A stretch of 64,000 bases of DNA from Dehalococcoidia bacterium (GTDB lineage: Bacteria > Chloroflexota > Dehalococcoidia > Bin125), in NCBI GenBank assembly GCA_965211635.1, contig OZ242948.1, forward strand, positions 28,645 to 92,644, written 5' to 3'. Of this stretch, positions 1-9,954 are shown one piece after another. A model generated the notes under the pieces. That model made no database searches and was not told the origin of the DNA. It saw only the letters and a list, made by a program, of their open reading frames with translations. Both the position numbers and the translations under genes were made by a program. Position 1 is the first letter of the stretch. Each line of letters opens with the position of its first letter.

Positions 1-86
1 AGAACCCGGTCCTCGCCGCCTCCGCAAGCCATCAGTATCCAGGCGGCGATCACCAGCAACACGGTACGCACAACGCGCCTGAACAT
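1..86 (-). CDS. lipoprotein, N-terminal fragment (gene continues beyond the window start)
   Basis: Minus-strand ATG at 86 gives MFRRVVRTVLLVIAAWILMACGGGEDRV. It has a basic n-region, a hydrophobic core and an L-M-A-C lipobox. Too short for the ORF track. Confidence 0.4.
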   Translation of the reverse strand, partial: MFRRVVRTVLLVIAAWILMACGGGEDRV

Positions 87-255
87 GACTCATCGGCACC
101 CTTCGAAGCCTGCCCCGGGAACACAGGTCCAGGTCGCACTCTGCAGGCACGAGGCTATCGCCGCCGCCCGAGTCAGCCGCGGCCCAGTCGGTAGCGCAAC
201 GCTGCTCCAATCGCGCATGATGCAAAGGGCGAGGCAATGGCAGTTCGCTACGTGA

Positions 256-331
256 TGGTGGAGCCGAGGGGATTCGAACCCCTGACCTCTGCCGTGCAAG
301 GGCAGCGCTCTCCCGGCTGAGCTACGGCCCC
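256..331 (-). tRNA. tRNA-Ala (anticodon TGC)
   Basis: Reverse complement GGGGCCGTAGCTCAGCCGGGAGAGCGCTGCCCTTGCACGGCAGAGGTCAGGGGTTCGAATCCCCTCGGCTCCACCA folds as a cloverleaf. Anticodon loop is CTTGCAC, the G3:U70 Ala identity pair is present, and CCA is encoded. Confidence 0.9.
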
Positions 332-369
332 GGGATCGTCAGGTTACCGCCTGCTCGGCGTTGTACCGG

Positions 370-1050
370 CTATCCCCGGCCGAGAATGCCGATTCGCATG
401 CCGGTGACGACCGCTTCGAGCTTGGTCCGCGCGTTGAGCTTGCGACGCAGGTTGCGAATGTGATTACGCACCGTGTGCAGGCTGATCTCCAGCTCTTCGG
501 CGATCGATTCGGTGCTGCGACCGGCGGCAACGAGCTGCAGCACCTGCAGCTCGCGCGGACTCAGCGGCTTGAGCTGCTCTTGCTCGCCATCATCCATCGA
601 CAGGTCCGAGATCACGGTGTGCCCGCTCTGCGTCAGACCCTGTCGAGCAACGTCGACCATGCGCTGCGATTCGCCGATCGTCGCGCCTTCGTCAATCAGG
701 TGGACCAGTAGGGGGCTGTCGGCATTCTCGGTGGCGACCACCATGGGCGTGAGGTTCATCATTCGGCGCTGACCACTGGCCGTGCGCAGCGGCATCGACA
801 TCGCGGTCGGCACCCTGCCCGAACGCAGCGCGCGCATGCTGGGGCAGCCCTGCACGCACTCCGGCGTCAAGCCTTCACCAAACGGTCCCGAGGAAGCCTC
901 AAAGCAGCGCCGACCTATCACCTGGCTCGGACGGTAGCCAAGCATCCGCTCGGCCTCCCGATTCCAGAAGAGAATCGTCTGGTCAATGGACATTACCACC
1001 GCACCGACATCGGCCATGGAGAGCATGCGAATGATACTGTCTGGCGTCAT
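370..1050 (-). CDS. PAS-domain LuxR-family transcriptional regulator
   Basis: 226-aa ORF. The N-terminus is PAS-like (VMSIDQTILFWNREAERMLGYRPSQVIGRRCFE). The C-terminus is a LuxR/GerE HTH (LSPRELQVLQLVAAGRSTESIAEELEISLHTVRNHIRNLRRKL). Confidence 0.85.
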   Translation of the reverse strand: MTPDSIIRMLSMADVGAVVMSIDQTILFWNREAERMLGYRPSQVIGRRCFEASSGPFGEGLTPECVQGCPSMRALRSGRVPTAMSMPLRTASGQRRMMNLTPMVVATENADSPLLVHLIDEGATIGESQRMVDVARQGLTQSGHTVISDLSMDDGEQEQLKPLSPRELQVLQLVAAGRSTESIAEELEISLHTVRNHIRNLRRKLNARTKLEAVVTGMRIGILGRG

Positions 1051-1364
1051 CCCGGATCACCCGACCTCTCAGTTGCGCGGTGGGTCAGCTTGCAGCAGCG
1101 AGATCACAGTCAACCCGTACGCGAATACAATATTGGTAGCAATACCGCCTTTGCAGCCCTCAGTCCACGACTGCCGTGTGTCAGACTACGCACACTGCTA
1201 ACGCAGGAGGAGTGTTCCGAATCTATCGGTCCGCGTCCGGCTGCGAGTACAGTAGTCGCAACTCGTAAGGTAGATATGAACTCGTTAGAACAGACCCTGC
1301 ACATTCACAGCAACTGAAATCGCACACTACTCAGCTTACCGAGGGTCTGACTGGCAAAGCTCGC

Positions 1365-1649
1365 TCAGGGCGATCCTCGCGCGGCCTCGGTTTGCCAATG
1401 ATCCACGGGGCGGGACAACAGCGCGAGCTGGGTCACGTGACAGGTCTCGCACCAGAAGGTCCAGTGGAGCTTGAGCGGGTCTCCATAGAACGGCGCCACG
1501 TGCTCGGTCGTTATCTGGTGGCCGGCGTGGCCCCAGGTACGCAGCTCTTCGTTCGCGCGGTTCACCAACCAGCGCAGCTCGCTCGCCGGATAGCGGGCCT
1601 GGAGCTCTGCCCGGCCCAGGGCTTCCTCCACCTGCTCTGTCGTCAGCAT
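1365..1649 (-). CDS. hypothetical protein (94 aa)
   Basis: Internal ATG at 1649 of the 203-aa ORF is preceded by GGGAGGAAGG, a Shine-Dalgarno sequence. The product MLTTEQVEEALGRAELQ...WCETCH... looks protein-like, whereas the upstream part of the long ORF is Arg/Pro/Ala-rich junk. Confidence 0.5.
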   Translation of the reverse strand: MLTTEQVEEALGRAELQARYPASELRWLVNRANEELRTWGHAGHQITTEHVAPFYGDPLKLHWTFWCETCHVTQLALLSRPVDHWQTEAARGSP

Positions 1650-2068
1650 CAGCCTTCCTCCCGCTGCGACAGAATACGTTTGGTCTACCCATTCGGCACC
1701 AGATTTCCGCCGATCCACTCGCGCGCTCGCAGTTTCTGTGGATAGTGTTGGCAACTCCGGCTGGCGAGGGCAGCGCTCGGCGCCATACGGCACGTGGCGC
1801 CAAGCGGTGGCACACGCGCCCTGCCGCAACTCCGCTGATCGCCAACACTCGCCTGTTCGAAAACCAACTGCGGCGCCGTAGATCGTCGCCCCTTCTCGTC
1901 TCAGCGAGATGAAATGAGGCGCGGCTTCCAAGACAAGGGACCCGCGTGTCAAAAGGGTTGCCAGGCGTCGGGCCAACTGCAGTCGTGGACCACTTTTGCG
2001 TGCAAACGAGCCGTCTGATGTGCAATAATCTCGAAATCGGACGTTACGTCAAGTAAGGAGAGCTGCGA

Positions 2069-3535
2069 TTGGTGACCATGTTGGGCGGCGCGATGGCACT
2101 GGTTGGTCTCTGGCTGTTCAGCCAACTCTGGCTGCCGCTGTCGCCCGAGCTCGGCGAGACAGGGCGACTCCGGCTTGAAACCGCCGCGTCCTCGACGGCG
2201 ACCAATCGTGAGATTGCAAGTGAACCTGGCCCCCGGTCTCAGGCTGTTGCGCGATCTGGAGACCCAGCAACAGGCCAGTCGCCTGGCAGTCGCCCCAGCG
2301 CGAGGGCGCGATCACTTGCATTGCGATTGCTGTGGCCTGCTGGGCCTCCGCGCGTTGTAATCGAAGACGCGCCACTGAGGCACGAAGGACGTGAGTTTAC
2401 GATCAGACTTCGATTCGACCGACCATTACCTAACGTGCCTCTTACGTTGTGGCCGCATGCGCTTAGAGTCAGCTCCGCAACGATCGGCTCGATTGCGCGG
2501 GTCGGCGAGGCGGGATTGGTCTGGCAGGTAGGCATCGTACCGGACGGCAGAAGAAGCGTCGACATCCGCCTGGAGGATCGAATCCCCTGCGCCGAAGTTG
2601 CCATGGCCTGCGCCGACGACTCGGAAAACTCTGCCAGCCTGCGACATGCGCACATCTCCGGCCCGGCTGTCACGGTTCGAGCAGTTGCATCTCCTGAACA
2701 TCATCGCGGTAAGGGTCGAGTCGAGGTGCTGATAGAGCTGAGCGAACCGTTGTTTGCGAATCTGCGAACGATCAGAGACCGTGCCATCCGCGTATCGAAC
2801 GGACGCATCATCGGCGTAGATCGAGTGTCTGGACGAGGCGATCTGTGGAGTTTGACGTTAGAAGTCAGCTCGCGGCTCGACCTGGATGTCTCGTTCGATC
2901 CTCGACTTGGATGCAGCGTGGGAAGCGCAGAGTGTTCCGACGAACTGATGCGCATCGAGAGTCCGTTAGCAGTCAACGTGCCAGCGGCCAGACTGTACCT
3001 CACGTTTGATGATGGTCCGAACCCGGTGTTCACACCTCGCATTCTCAACGTGCTATCCCGCTATGACGCCCGCGCGACGTTCTTCGTCACCGGCGAGAGC
3101 GCAACCAACTATCCCGAGCTCATCGAGCTGATTGTGAGTGAAGGCCACACCCTCGCCAACCACACCTGGAATCACACTTCACTCGACGGCATCTCCTATG
3201 AGGACTTTGTCGAGACCATCACTCGCACCCAACAGGTATTGGGAGAACACGCGACGTCATGCCTGCGTCCGCCGTACTACAGCATCGACGAACATACAGT
3301 GGCGCGAGCCGAGCAGCTTGGTATGAGAGTCGTGATGGGCGAAGTTCGACCGCTTGACTGGAGTCAACCCGGAGTGCTGGAGATCGCCGACCGAATCGTG
3401 GGCGGCGCCGCTCCCGGTCGTGTCGTAGTTCTGCACGACGGCGGAGGTGATCGCAGCCAGACGGTTGAGGGCCTGGAACTGGCCCTGGCCTATCTCGAGT
3501 CGCGCAACTACGTCTACGAGCCGGTCTGCCAGTAA
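2069..3535 (+). CDS. membrane-anchored polysaccharide deacetylase (NodB homology domain) with two Ig-like repeats
   Basis: 488-aa ORF with an N-terminal TM helix. The C-terminal NodB motifs are LTFDDGPNP, TFFVTGE and HTLANHTWNH. Two related ~60-aa beta-type modules precede the catalytic domain. Confidence 0.85.
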   Translation: MVTMLGGAMALVGLWLFSQLWLPLSPELGETGRLRLETAASSTATNREIASEPGPRSQAVARSGDPATGQSPGSRPSARARSLALRLLWPAGPPRVVIEDAPLRHEGREFTIRLRFDRPLPNVPLTLWPHALRVSSATIGSIARVGEAGLVWQVGIVPDGRRSVDIRLEDRIPCAEVAMACADDSENSASLRHAHISGPAVTVRAVASPEHHRGKGRVEVLIELSEPLFANLRTIRDRAIRVSNGRIIGVDRVSGRGDLWSLTLEVSSRLDLDVSFDPRLGCSVGSAECSDELMRIESPLAVNVPAARLYLTFDDGPNPVFTPRILNVLSRYDARATFFVTGESATNYPELIELIVSEGHTLANHTWNHTSLDGISYEDFVETITRTQQVLGEHATSCLRPPYYSIDEHTVARAEQLGMRVVMGEVRPLDWSQPGVLEIADRIVGGAAPGRVVVLHDGGGDRSQTVEGLELALAYLESRNYVYEPVCQ

Positions 3536-3595
3536 TCAACCGGGATTCCGCAAGGCCAATCTTTGGCCTCCGCACCCTGGTCGTTCCAGCCAGCG

Positions 3596-4474
3596 CTACA
3601 GCAGGATCCGTTTGGGCGCCCCCGACGGCTGGCGGCGGAAGCCGTCAATCAGCAGCCGTTGCCGCCCTCCATCAAGTATCCATTCGCCGCGACATCGGCG
3701 TTGATCCTGAAGAATCCCCTCTGCTTGGCGATGCAGGCGCTGGTACTCCTGGCGGTCCTCCGATTCGACTCCGAACAGCCCGCTGCCGACCGCGAACCGG
3801 CACTGGCGATCCTGGATCGTGATCTGCCAGCCAAACAGCAGTTGCGCCCAGCCGAGATGAAACGCTTCGTCCGCCCAGTTGACGAGGAATCGCTTGTCAT
3901 GCGAGCCGTCGGCGTTGAGCAAGGCGGAGGCGCCGAAGTGAGATCGCGAGAGTTCCGAGACCGCGCGGTAAGCGTCGGCGGTCTCGGGCGCCATGGCAAT
4001 CTGCTGTCCGGCCATGTACTGGCCCATTCCGATCTCGGTGGCGTGATGCTCAGCGTTGTTCGACCAGGCGTCCCGCAACCAGTCCTCGAACTCGATCTGC
4101 TCGTCGCCGACTACGGCTTGCTCTGCGCCGAGCCACTCCATCGTTGCGCGTAACAGCGCCAGAGCGGACGAGTAAGAAGCGCGCGCTGTCAACGCGCGCG
4201 CCTCGATTCCGCCGCTGTAGACGCGCGACCAGAACATCAACGCAGAGGCATAACGTCGGTTGCGGAATGAGGAGCCATAAGACTGCTCAACGATCTTGCG
4301 TTGCAAGCCGAGCGCGTCCTGCAGCCAGCGCAGATCGAGTGCGAGGGCGAAGCCGGTCTCGCGGAATGCGTCTCGGCGATGCTGAGGTTCGTCGTCGCGC
4401 GGCCTGGCCAGGACCGGAGTCTCGGCGGGGAACGTGATTGGCGAAATGCGCTGGCGCGGGGGGGCGGAACTCAT
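3596..4474 (-). CDS. hypothetical protein (292 aa), helical
   Basis: The start MSSAPPRQR (ATG at 4474) overlaps the stop of the upstream ORF in an ATGA arrangement. The longer 377-aa ORF start lies inside the upstream gene. No family is recognised with certainty. Confidence 0.6.
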   Translation of the reverse strand: MSSAPPRQRISPITFPAETPVLARPRDDEPQHRRDAFRETGFALALDLRWLQDALGLQRKIVEQSYGSSFRNRRYASALMFWSRVYSGGIEARALTARASYSSALALLRATMEWLGAEQAVVGDEQIEFEDWLRDAWSNNAEHHATEIGMGQYMAGQQIAMAPETADAYRAVSELSRSHFGASALLNADGSHDKRFLVNWADEAFHLGWAQLLFGWQITIQDRQCRFAVGSGLFGVESEDRQEYQRLHRQAEGILQDQRRCRGEWILDGGRQRLLIDGFRRQPSGAPKRILL

Positions 4475-5022
4475 GGCTTCGCGGATCCGGAGTCTCCTGT
4501 GGCCAAGAGCAGCTCCAGCCAACTGAGCAGGCGCTCGGATTGGGTCTCGATATAGGGATGGTCGGGATGCCAGGCCCAAAGCTCGCGCACGACCTCGACT
4601 GTTGACCACATGCTGCCCTCGCCGCCACATGCAATCTGGATCATGCGCGTGGCGACGTGATCTGCGGTCCAGACCAGGGGTCGCTCGTAATCGAGCATGC
4701 GGGTGGTCTGGGTCAGGGCGCGGATCCAACGCTCGACCGTGTCGAAGGCGACCCGTCGGTCCATGAGCTGAGCTCGTAGGGCCAGCACTTCAGGAAGATC
4801 AACAATCCGCGCCGGCGGTCGATCCGGCGGTGGAACCGGCTCGGGACCGGCGTCCTTGGGCAGTAGATCGAGCGCCGTACTCCACGTTGCCGACGGGATG
4901 CGGCGCAGTTCGTTGTAGACGAGGGCGCCGCCCGAGCCGGTTTCCCACCACGCGCGTAGCCGCTCGTGGCGCGGATGCTGGGGATTGCTCACATCGGATT
5001 CTTGGCTGATCGAGGAAGGCAC
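4471..5022 (-). CDS. hypothetical protein (183 aa)
   Basis: ORF is translationally coupled (4-nt ATGA overlap) to 3596-4474. The sequence is Trp-rich and not low-complexity. No recognisable domain. Confidence 0.55.
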   Translation of the reverse strand: MPSSISQESDVSNPQHPRHERLRAWWETGSGGALVYNELRRIPSATWSTALDLLPKDAGPEPVPPPDRPPARIVDLPEVLALRAQLMDRRVAFDTVERWIRALTQTTRMLDYERPLVWTADHVATRMIQIACGGEGSMWSTVEVVRELWAWHPDHPYIETQSERLLSWLELLLATGDSGSAKP

Positions 5023-5239
5023 CCAGCAAGGTTATCGCAGCTACTTCTGTTCGGCCTGTAGCGACGAGAATTGTTGCCGCAGCGTTAGCTGGTTCAACAG
5101 ATAACTCGAGTAACCAATCCTCCACGCGAGGTGGCGGCACTGCTTGCTAGAGCGGATCCAGCGCCGACACCTGTTGTCGGCGCCGCCACTACGGACACGG
5201 CGGCCTGGTCGCTGTGTATGAAGGAGACGGCCCGGCAGT

Positions 5240-6163
5240 ATGGAACACGAAATCCAGCAGTTTCTGACCTACATGGCAGCGGAACGGGGGGCATCGGCGA
5301 ACACGATCTCCGCGTATCGGAACGACCTCGCCCAGTTGCGGGCGTATTTCGTCGATCAGGCACAGGAACTCGATGAAGAATCCTCGACGAGCGTGCCGAT
5401 CGAAGAGGTCGACACCGAACAACTGCAGGAGTACATCGTCCACCTGCGCGAGCAGCAGTACGCGGCGGCCACCGTGGCGCGCAAGGTCGCTGCGGTCAAG
5501 AGCCTGTTCAGTTACCTGCACGGAGAGGGGCTGATTGGCGACAATCCAGCCGAGCAGCTCTCGTCACCGCGTGTCGGCCGCAGTCTGCCGCGGACGCTGA
5601 CGATCCAGGAAGTCGACGCGCTGCTCGAGCAACCCAGCCGCTGGAACACGCCCGAGGCGGCTCGCGACCAGGCGATGCTGGAGATGCTCTACGCGACCGG
5701 CATGCGCGTCTCCGAGTTTGTCTCGCTCGATCTCTCGTCGATCGAGCTGCAGGGCCAGCGAGCCTCGGTGCGCTGCGTCGGCAAGGGTCGCCGCGAGCGG
5801 CTGATCCCGATTCACTCGGCCGCCGTCGCCGCACTGCATCACTACTTGCAGGAAGCGCGACCGAAACTGGCTCGCGGCCGGCGCGAGGTTGCGCTGTTCA
5901 TCAATCGCCGCGGCGAGCGTCTGACCCGCCAGGGCGTCTGGCTGATCATCAAGCACTACGCGCAGGAAGCCGGGATCACCGGAGTCACGCCGCACACGCT
6001 GCGGCATAGCTTCGCCACGCACCTGCTGCGCGGCTCGGCCCCGCTGCGCAATGTGCAGGAGCTGATGGGTCACGCCAACATCTCGACGACGCAGCTCTAC
6101 ACCCAGTTGACAGACGAGCACCTGCGCGACGTTTACGATCGGGCACATCCACGCGCCAGTTAG
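5240..6163 (+). CDS. site-specific tyrosine recombinase, XerC/XerD family
   Basis: 307 aa. The N-terminal SAM-like domain reads FLTYMAAERGASANTISAYRNDL. The C-terminal catalytic region reads HTLRHSFATHLL...MGHANISTTQLYTQL...HPRA. I cannot tell XerC from XerD by eye. Confidence 0.9.
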   Translation: MEHEIQQFLTYMAAERGASANTISAYRNDLAQLRAYFVDQAQELDEESSTSVPIEEVDTEQLQEYIVHLREQQYAAATVARKVAAVKSLFSYLHGEGLIGDNPAEQLSSPRVGRSLPRTLTIQEVDALLEQPSRWNTPEAARDQAMLEMLYATGMRVSEFVSLDLSSIELQGQRASVRCVGKGRRERLIPIHSAAVAALHHYLQEARPKLARGRREVALFINRRGERLTRQGVWLIIKHYAQEAGITGVTPHTLRHSFATHLLRGSAPLRNVQELMGHANISTTQLYTQLTDEHLRDVYDRAHPRAS

Positions 6164-6206
6164 CGAGACGTTGGCCGGCGCACAACGGATGGCCTGCAGG
6201 GCCTGA

Positions 6207-7517
<1,311 letters not shown>

Positions 7518-7536
7518 CGATCGTCCCCAACCCGTC

Positions 7537-7559
7537 ATTGCCGCGCAAAGCGCGGCAAT
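7537..7559 (+). terminator. perfect 10-bp stem / 3-nt loop hairpin after eno (REP-like; possible terminator, no T-tract)
   Basis: The sequence is attgccgcgc-aaa-gcgcggcaat, 20 nt after the eno stop. It belongs to the ATTNCCGCG palindrome family also seen at 7602, 15164, 15219 and 26327. Confidence 0.4.
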
Positions 7560-7601
7560 CTCGCTTTGCCGGGCGAGGACGTCTTTGCTGAGCACGGCGA
7601 G

Positions 7602-7624
7602 ATACCCGCGGCAAGCGCGGGTAT
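7602..7624. repeat. REP-like palindrome
   Basis: The sequence is atacccgcg-gcaag-cgcgggtat. Its right arm runs directly into the 25-bp tandem repeat. Confidence 0.6.
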
Positions 7625-7720
7625 GACGAGAGTCTTGGGCTGTGTGTATGACGAGAGTCTTGGGCTGTGTGTATGACGAGAGTCTTGGGCTGTGTGTGTG
7701 ACGAGTGTTTGGGCTGTGGG
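7621..7720. repeat. tandem repeat, 25-bp unit: 3 perfect copies plus 1-2 degenerate copies
   Basis: gtatgacgagagtcttgggctgtgt occurs at 7621, 7646 and 7671. Decayed copies follow (gtgtgacgagtgtttgggctgtgg...). It lies between the convergent eno and uvrC genes. Confidence 0.85.
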
Positions 7721-7755
7721 AGTGACGGTCGCTGCGGGTTGGATCGCGACGACAC

Positions 7756-9696
7756 TCATAGCTCCTGCTTGAGCTGCTCTGCTAGTCGTCGCGTCATGCC
7801 TGGGGTGGCGGCGAGGTCGTTGACCTCGGCCTCGCGCATGGCCTGGAGTGAGCCGAACTTCTTGAGCAAGGCCTTCTTGCGGCGTGGGCCGATGCCCTTG
7901 ATCCGATCGAGCGTGCTCTGCGATGTCTGGCGAGCGCGCAGGCGTCGGTGATACGAAATCGCAAAGCGGTGCGCCTCGTCACGAATCCGTTGCACCAGAT
8001 ACAGGCCCTGCGATCGGCGGTCGAGCCGGACGGGATCGGAGGAGTCGACCTGGTATAGCAGCTCTTCGCGCTTGGCCAGTCCCGCGAGCGGGATGTCGTC
8101 TACGGCGAGGTTGCGCATCACGTCGTGGGCGGCCGAGACCTGGCCCTTACCGCCGTCAACAATCACCAGGTCGGGCACAGCGCCCCAACCCTCAGATTCG
8201 GACTGTTCGTCATCATCAGTTGTCGCAACTTGCGGCTCGACCGGTACGTCGTAGCCCTGCGATCGCTCCGCCCGACGTTCTTCTCCGAGCCGCTTGAACC
8301 GACGCTGGATCACCTCGGCCATCGAGGCGAAATCGTTCGGTCCGTCGGAGCTGTCGACGGTCTTGATCCGAAAGCGGCGATACTCGCTCGTCGCCGGGCG
8401 GCCGTCGAGGAAGACGACCATCGAGGCGACCACGTTCGAGCCCTGCGTGTTGGAGATGTCGTAACACTCGATGCGCTTCGGCGGCGTCGGCAGGCTGAGC
8501 GCCTCTTCGAGCTCGGCCAGCGCCGCGTCCGTGCGTCCGCGGTCGGCCATCCAGCGCACGCGGGACATAGCCAGCGTCTCCGAGGCATTCTCCGAGGCCA
8601 TCTCCACAAGTCGCCGCTTGTCGCCGCGCTTCGGATTGCGAACCTCGACGCGGGCGCCGCGCTTCTCCGAGAGCCAATCCTGCAGCAGCTCCAGGTCGTC
8701 GATCTCGGACGGGATCAGCACCAGTCTTGGCGGCTGCAGACCGCTCTCGTAGTGCTGTCGAAGGAACGACGCGATCACGGATCCGCTCGACTCGTCCTTT
8801 ACGCCGGCGAGATTGAAGTGGTCGGAGCCGGCCATCTTCTGGCCGCGAATGAAGAGAACCTGCACGACGGCTTCGTCTCCATCGACAGCGAGGCCGAAGA
8901 CATCAATCTCGGCGGCGGAGGTGTCGGCGGTGAGCTGCGTCTCCGTGACACGCTCGACGGCGACGATCTGGTCGCGAAGTTGCGCTGCGCGTTCGAAGTT
9001 GAGCTCCTCGGCCGCGTCGTTCATGGCGGTCTTGAGCTGTTTGACGACCGTCTCGCTCTTGCCATCGAGGAAGAGCATGGTCTGGTCGATCACCTCGCGG
9101 TACTCGTCCGGCGTGCAGAACGATGTGCAGGGCGCGATGCAGCGTCGGATGTAGTACTCGAGGCAGGGACGCGGATCGGAGCCGGTGATGACCTTGTCGC
9201 AGGAACGCCAGGGGAACAGCTTCTTGACCAGGTCGAGCGTCGTGCGCACCGACTTGGCCGAAGCGTAGGGCCCGAAGTAGCGGCTGCCGTCCTTGGCCAC
9301 GCGTCGAGTAATGGTGACCCGAGGCCAGGGCGCGTCGACGTCGATTTTCAGATATGGGTAGTGCTTGTCGTCCTTGAGCCTGACATTGAAGAAGGGCTGA
9401 TGACGCTTGACCAGCGTGGCTTCGAGGTGGAGGGCGTCCTGTTCTGTGTGCGTCGTGACGTACTCGAGATTGGCGATTCGTCGAGCGAGGACGCGGGTCT
9501 TGCCCTCGAGCGAGCGCGGGGAGCCAAAGTAGTTGCGCACCCTGGATTTGAGGTTCGCTGCCTTGCCGATGTAGATGACGCGGTCGTTGGCGTCGCGGAA
9601 GGTGTACACGCCGGGCCGCCCCGGCAGCGCCGCGACCTGCGCCTGGAGCTGGGCACGGGCATCGTCAGATGAGGATTGGGCCGTTTCGGTCGTCAC
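7756..9696 (-). CDS. uvrC: excinuclease ABC subunit C
   Basis: 646 aa. The GIY-YIG N-terminus reads PGVYTFRDANDRVIYIGKAANLKSRVRNYF. A UVR domain, an endonuclease V-like domain and a C-terminal (HhH)2 (LDRIKGIGPRRKKALLKKFGS) follow. Confidence 0.95.
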   Translation of the reverse strand: MTTETAQSSSDDARAQLQAQVAALPGRPGVYTFRDANDRVIYIGKAANLKSRVRNYFGSPRSLEGKTRVLARRIANLEYVTTHTEQDALHLEATLVKRHQPFFNVRLKDDKHYPYLKIDVDAPWPRVTITRRVAKDGSRYFGPYASAKSVRTTLDLVKKLFPWRSCDKVITGSDPRPCLEYYIRRCIAPCTSFCTPDEYREVIDQTMLFLDGKSETVVKQLKTAMNDAAEELNFERAAQLRDQIVAVERVTETQLTADTSAAEIDVFGLAVDGDEAVVQVLFIRGQKMAGSDHFNLAGVKDESSGSVIASFLRQHYESGLQPPRLVLIPSEIDDLELLQDWLSEKRGARVEVRNPKRGDKRRLVEMASENASETLAMSRVRWMADRGRTDAALAELEEALSLPTPPKRIECYDISNTQGSNVVASMVVFLDGRPATSEYRRFRIKTVDSSDGPNDFASMAEVIQRRFKRLGEERRAERSQGYDVPVEPQVATTDDDEQSESEGWGAVPDLVIVDGGKGQVSAAHDVMRNLAVDDIPLAGLAKREELLYQVDSSDPVRLDRRSQGLYLVQRIRDEAHRFAISYHRRLRARQTSQSTLDRIKGIGPRRKKALLKKFGSLQAMREAEVNDLAATPGMTRRLAEQLKQEL

Positions 9697-9714
9697 GGTG
9701 TCAGATTAGCGAAG

Positions 9715-9830
9715 GGCGAGGGTGAGGGGACCCTCTCCCCCCTCGTTGGCAAGGGCAGGCTCTCACCCACTCGCGGGTGAGCCCTGCGCGTAAACCAACC
9801 AGAGTCGGCCCCGCGCAGGCGGGGCCCTGC
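9715..9830. repeat. cluster of GC-rich REP-like palindromes
   Basis: Hairpins ctcaccc-actcgc-gggtgag (9762-9781) and ggccccgc-gcag-gcggggcc (9807-9826), plus a gaggggaccctctcccccctc motif. Similar motifs recur at 26190-26480, 30470-30510 and 56010-56160. Confidence 0.6.
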
Positions 9831-9954
9831 GATCCTCATCTGGTTGCGGCGCCAGGGCCTGCGCGGGGGCGACTGCATCATGGGGTTACGCGCAGATCTC
9901 CAGAGGGAGAGAAGATCCAGAGGAAAGGGAGGTAGTGGTGTGGCCAAGGATTGG

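Noticed and set aside
1180-1270. A 19-codon ORF (GTG TTC CGA ATC TAT ...) behind an AGGAGG at about 1207, in the 314-bp spacer after the LuxR gene.
   Set aside because: The SD-plus-start pattern alone is insufficient. The peptide has no recognisable features and conservation cannot be assessed.
7621-7720. Possible CRISPR arrays at the 25-bp (7621-7720) and 22-bp (15231-15290) repeats.
   Set aside because: The units are directly contiguous with no unique spacers, there are only about 3 copies, and no cas genes are nearby. They are simple tandem repeats seeded from REP-like palindromes.
8125-9672. Very long ORFs antisense to real genes. Examples: 8125-9672 opposite uvrC, 13500-14867 opposite the YqgE/TlpA genes, 19565-20530, 24952-25938, 30308-31600 opposite rpsA, 33243-34766 opposite clpC, 44234-45277 opposite ligA, 50490-51719 opposite ftsH, 52385-53863 opposite the permease, and 62131-63279 opposite uvrA.
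   Set aside because: Their translations are Arg/Ala/Gly/Pro/Asp-rich with no recognisable motifs. They lie exactly opposite strongly recognisable genes. High-GC genomes generate such shadow ORFs because stop codons are rare in the antisense frames.
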